The notes beneath the pieces are model-generated. The model saw only the letters and a program-made list of their open reading frames with translations. It searched no databases and was not told the origin of the DNA. A stretch of DNA of 64,000 nucleotides from Candidatus Poribacteria bacterium (GTDB taxonomy: Bacteria; Poribacteria; WGA-4E; PCPOR2b): contig OZ242351.1 of NCBI GenBank assembly GCA_965208675.1, positions 800,001-864,000 on the forward strand, given 5' to 3'. The number at the start of each line of letters is the position of its first letter. Within the stretch, counting starts at the first letter, position 1. The position numbers and the translations under genes are program-made. Shown piece by piece: positions 39,508 to 48,061 of the stretch.

Positions 39508-41241
39508 ATGCTGTGTAAAACCTCTCGGTTTCATTCGATCCAAAGCCAAAGGAGATTAAGCGACGTGTGTTCAAAAATGCCCCCTCCAAAATCCGGCACT
39601 GACAATCGCACACCGAAGGAAAAAATTGACGCCATCCACCGCCCGAAGTGGTGCATTGACACAGACGACGGCAGGCTTTACTGGGACGTAATCTGTGGGG
39701 CAATTCGCAACGATGAAAAGACGATCGCTGAGCATCTAAAGAGAAACCCGGACTGCGCACGCCTTGAGTTCTGGTATACGCCGCCGATTCATTTTGCCGT
39801 ACGCGAGGGGAATTTGGAGGCGGCGCGGCTGCTATGGAATGCATATGCCTACGAGGACGTGACCAAGCTCATCGCCATGGCGGACGACCGCGGACATGCC
39901 GGTGTTGCGGACTTTTTGCGCGGTTCAATCCAAAACGGATTCGCCGACGCGGATTTTCGGCTGCACAAGGTCGTTCAGACCCGAAATTACGGCGCTGTGG
40001 GACGGGTGTTAAGGACTCATCCGGAAATCGCCGAACACCGCGATTCAGAAGGCAGAACCGCACTCCACCTGGCGGTCATCTCCGGCAACCTGCACGCTGC
40101 ACGTTCACTATTAGCCGCCGGGGTGGAGATTGACCCTGTCGATCACTTCGGCTTTCGACCGGTTCACTACACCTGCTGGAAAAACCAATACTGGGCATGC
40201 GTTAAAGGCGGCGACACCCTCCTGAAAGCCCTGCTCGACGCCGGCGCCGCCGACAGTGCTACGCTCGCGGCGGCCCGCGGAGACCTAAACTCTGTGCGTG
40301 CATTCGTTGAGGCAAATGCGGCCAATGTGAACTACGGTGAATCGCTACAGAAACGGCCCCTATCTGCAGCGGTGGAGCGCGGTCATCGTGAAATCGTGCG
40401 TTACCTGCTTGACCGCGGCGCCGATCCGACACTGTCGGAAAGCCGGCTGTGTCCGCACGGTTCCGCACTCATGACGGCATCGGTGAACGATGATGTAGAG
40501 ATGGCACGATGGCTGTTGGACGAAGGCGCCAACCCCAATCACGGCATTGACTCGTCGGGAACGCCAGCGACTCGCGCATCGTCAGATGAAATGCGCGGGC
40601 TAATGTACCAATACGGCGGGCGCCCCGAAGCAGCCTGGGGCGTCGCGCAGCGCGGCGACCTTGAAACCTTAGCGGTGATTCTGAGTTACTGCGATGATCC
40701 CTTCAGGAATGCGGAGAGTGAATTTCTTTCGACGCCTTACACCGCCATCGTGAGCGGCTGCGGACGCCGCCTCGATAGGGGAGAGTCTACCGTTGCTTAC
40801 GAAGCCATGCTGCGCATATTCTTGCGCCGCCAGTTTCCCATGCCCAAGGTGTTAACCGAGTGCAAAAGTTACCTGTACCATGTGCCCCACATGACGCGGC
40901 AGTTGCTGGAGAACGGACTGGACCCCAATTTACACGACTGGCTGCGGCGCACGCCGTTGCACGACCTGTGCACCGGGTTGCGGCACGTAGCGGATGCAGC
41001 GGAGTTGGTGCAGATGTTTATCCAACACGGCGCCGATGTCAATGCGATTGACGAAGAAGATCGCTCGACCCCGCTTGGCATCGCTGCGCGTGAAGGGAAT
41101 GCGGCGCTCGTCAAACTGCTGCTGGAAAACGGAGCAGACCCAAACGGCTCCGGCACAAATTGGGCTAAGCCGCTGGCATGGGCGCAGCGGCGGGGGCACG
41201 ATATGATTGAGGCGACATTGCGTGAGTGCGGCGCCAACTAG
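39508..41241 (+). CDS. Ankyrin repeat protein
   Basis: Many TPLH/TALHLA..G..LL..GADPN repeats; real start may be 39565 or 39577. Confidence 0.9.
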   Translation: MLCKTSRFHSIQSQRRLSDVCSKMPPPKSGTDNRTPKEKIDAIHRPKWCIDTDDGRLYWDVICGAIRNDEKTIAEHLKRNPDCARLEFWYTPPIHFAVREGNLEAARLLWNAYAYEDVTKLIAMADDRGHAGVADFLRGSIQNGFADADFRLHKVVQTRNYGAVGRVLRTHPEIAEHRDSEGRTALHLAVISGNLHAARSLLAAGVEIDPVDHFGFRPVHYTCWKNQYWACVKGGDTLLKALLDAGAADSATLAAARGDLNSVRAFVEANAANVNYGESLQKRPLSAAVERGHREIVRYLLDRGADPTLSESRLCPHGSALMTASVNDDVEMARWLLDEGANPNHGIDSSGTPATRASSDEMRGLMYQYGGRPEAAWGVAQRGDLETLAVILSYCDDPFRNAESEFLSTPYTAIVSGCGRRLDRGESTVAYEAMLRIFLRRQFPMPKVLTECKSYLYHVPHMTRQLLENGLDPNLHDWLRRTPLHDLCTGLRHVADAAELVQMFIQHGADVNAIDEEDRSTPLGIAAREGNAALVKLLLENGADPNGSGTNWAKPLAWAQRRGHDMIEATLRECGAN

Positions 41242-41375
41242 ACCTCGCGCCCGCCTGCATGGGTTTTCCCGCGTAATGTGAGAATGTGTGGTGGTCATGG
41301 TCTGAACTGTGAAAATTAGGATTCAAGGATTTGCAGGACTAGTGGCACTACTGGATTGAGAATCCTCCATCAAGC

Positions 41376-41436
41376 AAAAAAAGCGGAGCCAACCCGAAAG
41401 GACGGAATCTTATTTCCCGTCTGGGTTGTACTCCGC
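41376..41436 (-). terminator. Rho-independent terminator for the 41452-42219 gene
   Basis: Stem GCGGAG-CAACCC..GACGG / CCGTCTGGGTTG-CTCCGC followed by a T run on the minus strand. Confidence 0.65.
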
Positions 41437-41451
41437 AGTGTAATGTCCATC

Positions 41452-42219
41452 CTAGTGATGGTGGTCGGATGTGTCATGGTCATGTTTGGACTTGTCATAA
41501 TCATGTTTCCACTTGCCATAACCATAGTCGTGTTTCGACTTGCCGTGTCCACGATCGCACTTCGACTTGCCATGGTCATCATCGTGTTTCGACCTGCCAT
41601 GTCCGTGACGGCGATGCCGCCCGTCTCGGCGATGATCATGATCTTTAAATTTTTTCTTACCGTGACCACGCCAGTCTTTAAACATCGCTAAACCGCTGTG
41701 TTTGCCGACGACGCCGGAAAGCGTTAGTAACGCTTCCTGCCGCGGGGTCAACCCTTCAAGAAGCGATGCCTCCAACGCCTCGAATTCTGTGCCTAACGCG
41801 GCCCGCTTATTTTTGAATTCTTCAAGCGCAGATGCGACTGTGGCGTCATCGCCCGCGACCATGGTTTTCTTGAGGTCTTTTAACATCGGACCCAACGTCT
41901 TGGCGCGCATCATTCGATGATGCAGCACAGCTTCAATCTTCGGCGCAAGGCCTTCTGCGTCTTCATCCGAGAGATTCAGGTTCGCAAGGATTTTCTTCGT
42001 TTTCCATTCGATACGTTTCGCGGCCTTGAGCTTGGCCATCTCCATCTTCTCAGCCTTTTCCTGCTCCCACTTCTCGGATTCAGAATCGTCTTTTTCAGCT
42101 TCCGCATGGGTTAAGAAGAAGCAGCTTCCGGCGAGAAAAAAGGCGACCGTTACCAAAAGCGCAATCGAACGACTCAATGCCAACTTAGACAACTTGGGAT
42201 TGTGCGACAAAATAGACAT
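41452..42219 (-). CDS. Exported helical protein (LTxxQ, Spy/CpxP-like) with His-rich repeat tail
   Basis: Signal peptide; LTPRQ motif; tail HGRSKHDDD-HGKSKCDRG-HGKSKHDYG...DHHH. Confidence 0.75.
   Translation of the reverse strand: MSILSHNPKLSKLALSRSIALLVTVAFFLAGSCFFLTHAEAEKDDSESEKWEQEKAEKMEMAKLKAAKRIEWKTKKILANLNLSDEDAEGLAPKIEAVLHHRMMRAKTLGPMLKDLKKTMVAGDDATVASALEEFKNKRAALGTEFEALEASLLEGLTPRQEALLTLSGVVGKHSGLAMFKDWRGHGKKKFKDHDHRRDGRHRRHGHGRSKHDDDHGKSKCDRGHGKSKHDYGYGKWKHDYDKSKHDHDTSDHHH
41479..41607. repeat. Coding 27-bp tandem repeat (about 4.7 copies)
   Basis: Units of the type ATCGTGTTTCGACTTGCCATGNNNNNN with 27-bp period. Confidence 0.8.
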
Positions 42220-43304
42220 CTTCTTTTCCTCCGTAGTTTAGTGAATTCTGTTGTTTCGTTATGATACAACCCGTGTCACTGTCCCTTTTGACAAATGGTG
42301 TCATAAAATGTTCGCAGTTTCCGCAAAAAGAAAAAATCCGCACCTTATCCTCCCCATTACCAATTTCACGTGTGAATTTACATAATCCACCCATATAATA
42401 AAGAAGAACGAGACCGTTCCCAGTAATGGTATGATCTGAAGCGGCCGCCGCATGTTATCCTCCCATTTACTGAGGGGAAGCGAGCGGGGGTTTTGTGCGC
42501 GGCAAATTTGGGCAGCTGGCACACATAAAATACAGTTTTTACAGTCTATAAAAAAGGGGTAAATTTGTGCAAGATTTCGTAGGTCGGTTAGAGCGGGAAT
42601 GATTGCGATGACCCCGAGATCTACAAATGGAGAGCATTTAGAGGTCGATGGCAAGTGTTAATGGCGTAGCGAAACCGAACGTTTTTTAGGCGTCTGATTA
42701 ATGGAGCGGCGAAAACGAATCAGGAAGTTAACTACAAGAACTGGTATGCTGGGAATAGACGTACCTTGGAAATTCAAGGTAACCAAAAGGTAACCAAAAA
42801 AAAAGATCGGTACTGAACTCGATGTCACAAATCTTAACATTTTGTCAAGTTTTGTCACATTACGTTACGTGCCCTGTGACATGAGAATCTCGTGATTCGA
42901 AAAGGCGGTAGATCCGCTTGCAATGCAGGTTTATTGTATGTTTATGTTTGATAAAATTTCGGGTTTAAATCACACCATGCCGTTTTTTTGAGTCGCCTTT
43001 AAGACGCAAACCCGTCCATATAAAAACCGCCAAAGTCCGATATTCACGGCGTTTATACGGATTTTTGGTTACCTTTAAACGCCAATAAATGTCACAAACC
43101 CTCACAAAATTTCGCATTTTCGGAAATTTCGCCTGATTTGGGATTTGCAGCATATTGGATTGACACAAGAGGAGATTTAGACCTTGATTTCAGAGTGTTG
43201 GATGGGGGCGCCCGCTAGCAGATTCTGGGCATGGGGGATACCAAGCTGCATGCGGCGAACAGCAAACTTAAATCATAATCGCTGTCGGGTTCATCAGGTT
43301 TCGG

Positions 43305-43676
43305 TTAAGACCCGAATCGTAGGATGTGACCGTCCGGGTCCTCGACTCTTAGCTCGTATGCCCACGGATAGTTTGTCGGCGTTTCTCGAAACGTCGCGCC
43401 ATTGGCTTTGAATTCGTCATAAATTGCGTCGGTGTCTGAGACGCCAATCCAGAGCCAGGTGCCGGGCTGGCCTTGTCCCCCTTCGCATAGCAAGATGGGA
43501 AAGTCATCGCGAGACACACTCGCAAAGTTGGGCGGATCGCCCCAGTCCCATTCTTTTTTAAAGCCGAGGCGGTTAATATAATAGTCAACGCTCACAGCGA
43601 CGTTCTTAACATATAAAATGGGTGTGATGCACTCCAATTCAATTGCTTTTTCTTTGTCTCCGGTAGTGTTCCACAT
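43305..43676 (-). CDS. VOC/glyoxalase/bleomycin-resistance family protein
   Basis: TPILYVKNV..SVDYY..LGF, PTNYPWAYELRVEDPDGHILRFGS. Confidence 0.9.
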   Translation of the reverse strand: MWNTTGDKEKAIELECITPILYVKNVAVSVDYYINRLGFKKEWDWGDPPNFASVSRDDFPILLCEGGQGQPGTWLWIGVSDTDAIYDEFKANGATFRETPTNYPWAYELRVEDPDGHILRFGS

Positions 43677-43877
43677 CTGAAGTTTCTCCTTTGTTTACAA
43701 AACACATAATTTTAGTATAACGTAAATTCGAAATAGGATATTAGGCATCCGGGGAATGAAAAACAGCAAACCTAGATATGGGTGAAATGGTACTATAGTT
43801 CTGTGATGGGGTTGATTTTCGAAAAAAATTAAATTTGCTTTTGGATTTAATCAGGTTCAAGGACGGATGACCACGCC

Positions 43878-44172
43878 CTACTGATGCGATTCCATATACC
43901 CCCGCAACACGCCGTTCATGCGGGTTTGGTAACCTTTTCCCTGAGATTTGAACCACTTGAGCACATCGCTGTCAGGGATTATTATCGCGCGGAAAATCCT
44001 ATCGCCTTCGCTATTCGCTCAGTTGATCCTCATCTGTCTGCTGGGCGTCGGGGTCCGATACGGCTGCCGCGTTAATTTCGGCCTCGGTCATATTTTTGAC
44101 CTTCTCCCAATCGGTTTGCGAATTTTTCGGTAGATCATCGAGAGAAACTCTCACGGTACGTTCTTCTTTCAC
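43878..44172 (-). pseudogene. brnA: BrnA antitoxin pseudogene
   Basis: QTDWEKVKNMTEAEINAAAVSDPDA, then TAG at 44011 and a frame break, then DSDVLKWFKSQGKGYQTRMNGVLRGYM. Confidence 0.8.
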
Positions 44173-44210
44173 GGCGATTCACCCTCCTCGCTGAAATGAT
44201 GACGCGGATC
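44135..44210 (-). pseudogene. brnT: 3' remnant of BrnT toxin gene
   Basis: RVIISARRVNRRERRTY overlapping the brnA start; no intact upstream frame. Confidence 0.65.
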
Positions 44211-44355
44211 TACAGATAGTCTACAATGTGTACATACAAATGTCAAAAATATGTGGGCTACCCCATGAAACGGTATCCCTTTGCAATCTCAACTCTTTGC
44301 CTCAAGTAAAAACCTCAACCACTTTCAAAGCCGCCGTGGAAGCACTATACAACGA

Positions 44356-44673
44356 TTAGTCGTCGTTTTCGGTGGTAAATACTTCCGGGTTAATATGTTT
44401 TAACTTGAGCGTGGATAACTTTTCACGGTCCCAATCCACCAACTCACCAAAATAGTTGAACGCCCGCAGCAATCCTAAATAACGCTTTACCTCCGGTATG
44501 GCTTCCCATTCCGCAGTTGCGGCTTCATCATCGGGATTGGGGCGCGGCGTGTTGGCTTTCACTTTTTCAAATTCGACATGAGCCTTTTCTAACTCCTCCG
44601 CGACTTCTCCGCGAAACGGCTCTTCATCTTCGATGTAGTCGTCAATCATTTTCCTCAGTTCTGCATCAGTCAT
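44356..44673 (-). CDS. Hypothetical acidic protein
   Basis: ORF with GAGGGGG RBS, last gene of a tight three-gene operon. Confidence 0.6.
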   Translation of the reverse strand: MTDAELRKMIDDYIEDEEPFRGEVAEELEKAHVEFEKVKANTPRPNPDDEAATAEWEAIPEVKRYLGLLRAFNYFGELVDWDREKLSTLKLKHINPEVFTTENDD

Positions 44674-44674
44674 T

Positions 44675-45178
44675 TTAGTCCCCCTCATAAAAGTTACGCT
44701 CTCGGATACTGGAATCTATTTCGCTCAGTTTCCGATTAATCATTTCGTGTGTTTCGACTAATTTGCCGGTGTTCGAATCCACCGCCTCTTTTAGCTTTTC
44801 GAGCTGATATATCAAGAAAATATAAGCGAAAACAAACATCTCGAAAAAGCCGATGTTTCTCCACTTTTCGAATTTGATAAAATTCACAAATACGGGATAG
44901 ACAATCATCACGCCCAAGAAGATGAACGGTAACAAAAACGCAAACGTGATTAATGTCCCGGAGCGGGACCGCTTGTTGTGGCGCGCTTCCAAGATGGCAA
45001 GAACTCCCGCAATGGCAATCGTTATCGCTCCAATCAGATATATTCGATGCTCATGGCCCCAATTCCAACTGGCATTGTCGGGGATAATCGCCTCCAAGCC
45101 CCTTTGTAAATATCCGAGTAAGAAAAAGCATCCGATTACTATGATGATATTCCGCCACCGGCGCAGCTTTTCAATCAT
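44675..45178 (-). CDS. Hypothetical 4-TM membrane protein
   Basis: Four hydrophobic segments; ATGA overlap with the upstream gene. Confidence 0.65.
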   Translation of the reverse strand: MIEKLRRWRNIIIVIGCFFLLGYLQRGLEAIIPDNASWNWGHEHRIYLIGAITIAIAGVLAILEARHNKRSRSGTLITFAFLLPFIFLGVMIVYPVFVNFIKFEKWRNIGFFEMFVFAYIFLIYQLEKLKEAVDSNTGKLVETHEMINRKLSEIDSSIRERNFYEGD

Positions 45179-45492
45179 TTTGCCCTCCATATGTTTTCTT
45201 CGCGGCAATCAAGAAGCGCTGATTTGTATACATCATCATAGACCTCTTCGGGCGATTTGATGGTTTCGGTATAGACCGCACCCAGCCGATGGGTGATTGT
45301 TCTGCTCGTTTCCCCGCCGAATTTATCTAGGTGTTGTTTCCGGGCGCGCCTTGCCTTTGCCTCGGCATAAGCCTCACAATCAATCTTGCCATCCCCGCAA
45401 CCGATGAGAGTGCCGATTAAATAAACTGCGATTGACATCAAGATTGCAAAGATAACGACGCGCTGATAGCGCCGAAACGAAAACTCAGTCAT
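45175..45492 (-). CDS. Hypothetical lipoprotein
   Basis: RBS AAGGAG; LIGC lipobox. Confidence 0.6.
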   Translation of the reverse strand: MTEFSFRRYQRVVIFAILMSIAVYLIGTLIGCGDGKIDCEAYAEAKARRARKQHLDKFGGETSRTITHRLGAVYTETIKSPEEVYDDVYKSALLDCREENIWRAK

Positions 45493-45751
45493 TTTGAATC
45501 TCCTTGTGGTTTAGGGTTTAGGCACAAAGAGAGCGAGACCGTGGAACTATTAAATTGTAGTTAGTTTTGGGGTATCGCAATCTCGCAATCGTCGCTGTGC
45601 CAAAGCGTGATGAGGGCGGCTGCCAGGACTGGCAACCGTAGCACCCCGATGGAACGTGGACTGAAGGCTTTTTCATTCCAGCGTAGATGTCATATTTTCG
45701 CAATGACAGTGACAGCCTCTACCGTGATGAAAAGTGGACTGAAAGTTTTAT

Positions 45752-45779
45752 TGAATAATGCGTAATGCGTAAAGAGTAA
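45752..45779. repeat. Heptamer tandem repeat, reverse complement of the 38880 family
   Basis: TGAATAA TGCGTAA TGCGTAA AGAGTAA. Confidence 0.55.
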
Positions 45780-45866
45780 AAGGCTTAAATGCAATGTAAA
45801 GCGAAAGTCTTGCCTGCTGAACTTCAGTCCGCCTCCAACGCAAAGTGATTAAGTGGGCTAGTTATC

Positions 45867-47339
45867 CTACCGTGAAAGCCGAGCACCGGAACCTCTTGAG
45901 ACGAATCCAACAGTCAGGAAATTGGCGGCTAACCCCCAAACCCCAGCGTGGATACCCATGGGTTTCGTTGCGATTCCCAGCCCAGCAAGGTTGGCGAACA
46001 TGATCGCCAGTGCAACGCAGGTTCCGATCACGAGCCCCGACAAAACCGCATCGGTACGCAGCGATTTCAAATGTACACCGAGAAAGATGGCGGGCGCGAC
46101 TTGGCACAGCAGTTCGAGTTTAATCTCTGTTAACCGCCAGAGTGTTTGTGGGAGTTGAATTGCCAGAAACACGAGTATCACCATAAGCCCCCACGAGAAA
46201 ACTTTACCCGTGACGGTCAGGCGATGCTGAGAAGAATTTGGACGAATCCGCATATACAGGTCTTGCGTAAATACGGAGGAGATTGCAAGGAGCGCGGAGT
46301 CAACGGTAGACATAATGGCAGCGACTGCGGCTGAAAGAAAGAGGATGAGCAGAATTCGCACACCGGGAAGCCGTTCCGCCATGTCATTGAGCAAGAACAG
46401 AGTAACCTGCTCACTGCCTTGTTTATCTAAGCCCGGAAACTGTGCCGCGCCGACGAGACCGACAACAAACATGAAAAAGGTAGTGAAAATTGGCATGAAG
46501 ACCATAATTTGGAAAGATCGCCGCAGCGTCAGTTCGTCCTTAGCGGCGTAGATGCGCTGGACGGCGTGCGGATAGATTGACGGACCAAAAAATACGATGA
46601 TCAATGTGCTCAGCCAAGTGAGCTTTTGCTGCAGCGATGGCGGACGCCAAAAGGCGGGTTGGGCCGTCATGAGTTTCTCCGCCGCGGCGGACAATCCGCC
46701 GTATTGGTAACTGATGACGCCAAAGATAAAAATGCATCCCGCCGCCAGAAGAATACCTTGGATAGCATCTGTCCAGGCGACACTTCGAAGCCCACCAAGC
46801 GTTTCATAAACCAACATAATTAATGATAAAAAAACTACGCCTTGAACAAATGTCACGTACCCTCCTGTCGATGCCTCAACGATGTAACCGATTGCTTTGA
46901 GGTTGCTTAGGATGTAATTCCCGAGCGTGATTATGAAAATTACGGTCGAGAGCGACGTCAGCGGGGTAGATTTGTATCGCTGCTGGATATAGTCGCCGAT
47001 TGTGATATAACCGTATTGGCGGGAGAGTCGATGGATTTTGGGAGCATATACGAGGTAAGCGCCGACGATTGACATCACAAACGTGACGCTAACCAGAAAA
47101 AAATATCCTGTTCGATATACATTTCCCACAAACCCGACTAGCGTGAGACCGCTGTATTGCGTTGCATACAGGGTAAGGAATAAGACCATCAGTCCGAGTC
47201 CCCGGTTGCCGAGGAAAAAGTCGGACATTGAGTTTTCACGGCGGGCAAAGCGTCCGGCAAGTCCGACTACAATCAGGGATGTCAAATAGATTCCCATAAA
47301 GATTACGCCGCCAGGACCGAGGAGTGCTGTCGTTTTCAT
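45867..47339 (-). CDS. Sodium:solute symporter (PanF-like)
   Basis: DFFLGNR, ATQYSG, GGLRSVAWTDAIQG, AAIMSTVDSALL; about 13 TM segments. Confidence 0.92.
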   Translation of the reverse strand: MKTTALLGPGGVIFMGIYLTSLIVVGLAGRFARRENSMSDFFLGNRGLGLMVLFLTLYATQYSGLTLVGFVGNVYRTGYFFLVSVTFVMSIVGAYLVYAPKIHRLSRQYGYITIGDYIQQRYKSTPLTSLSTVIFIITLGNYILSNLKAIGYIVEASTGGYVTFVQGVVFLSLIMLVYETLGGLRSVAWTDAIQGILLAAGCIFIFGVISYQYGGLSAAAEKLMTAQPAFWRPPSLQQKLTWLSTLIIVFFGPSIYPHAVQRIYAAKDELTLRRSFQIMVFMPIFTTFFMFVVGLVGAAQFPGLDKQGSEQVTLFLLNDMAERLPGVRILLILFLSAAVAAIMSTVDSALLAISSVFTQDLYMRIRPNSSQHRLTVTGKVFSWGLMVILVFLAIQLPQTLWRLTEIKLELLCQVAPAIFLGVHLKSLRTDAVLSGLVIGTCVALAIMFANLAGLGIATKPMGIHAGVWGLAANFLTVGFVSRGSGARLSR

Positions 47340-47442
47340 CTAGTGCGTTTCCGGAGGTTTGAGCTGTCTAACTTGGTGTGATAATGGACGGTTGTCATAA
47401 CTGATGAAACGTGAAGTTGCGTCAGTTTTCGCGTGGACTTAA

Positions 47443-47658
47443 TTATTGAGCGTCGTCGTCATCCTTGTTGGAGGATACCGACCAGTAGCGGTGGAGACAG
47501 ACCGCAACGATAACGGCGTACAGAATGGTCGTGCAAAAACTATAGAATGCCCAAGGCGGGAACCCGAAAATCTGAACCGAATGGGATTTTGTGAAGACCC
47601 AAGGAACGGTAGCCGCAAGGAAAAAGGTCAATATAAAATACAGTTTCTTTCGTGTCAT
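47443..47658 (-). CDS. Small 2-TM symporter accessory protein (YhdT/DUF997-like)
   Basis: VPW..IFGFPPWAFYS motif directly upstream of the SSS gene. Confidence 0.75.
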   Translation of the reverse strand: MTRKKLYFILTFFLAATVPWVFTKSHSVQIFGFPPWAFYSFCTTILYAVIVAVCLHRYWSVSSNKDDDDAQ

Positions 47659-48061
47659 AATTTTTGTTGTCTTCGAACCCACATAATGCGCGCGTAGTCG
47701 TCCGAGAAAATGCGCGACGATTCGCAGATGGGTGCGATTCTAATCACAGCGGAACACGGTTTTTGAAGGGAAAACAAAGTCTAAGTCCAATGTCTAAACC
47801 AACTGGTCCAATTTGGAGACAATCGCGCCAATCCCAGCATATTAACCGTGCGTCAATAACTAATTCCTCAAACAGGCAAGATGCGCCTTTCGGGTTCAAT
47901 ACCCCTAACCATAGCCGATTCTCGTGGGAATGTCAATATTTAAGATTTCTGCCAGCCCATTGTGCTGATGTCTGAGAACGCCGCATTGCTATTCACACCT
48001 TGACGGCAACACCCGCTTACCGCTAAAATATCCGATACAATTCACACATGGGAAGAATTAG

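Noticed and set aside
41479-41607. 27-bp periodic repeat as a CRISPR array
   Set aside because: Head-to-tail degenerate units without spacers, in frame within a CDS
41356-41691. Hydrophobic 111-aa ORF on + strand
   Set aside because: Antisense shadow of the His-rich repeat
42301-43300. Short ORFs or a tRNA in the intergenic gap
   Set aside because: No RBS, motif or cloverleaf support
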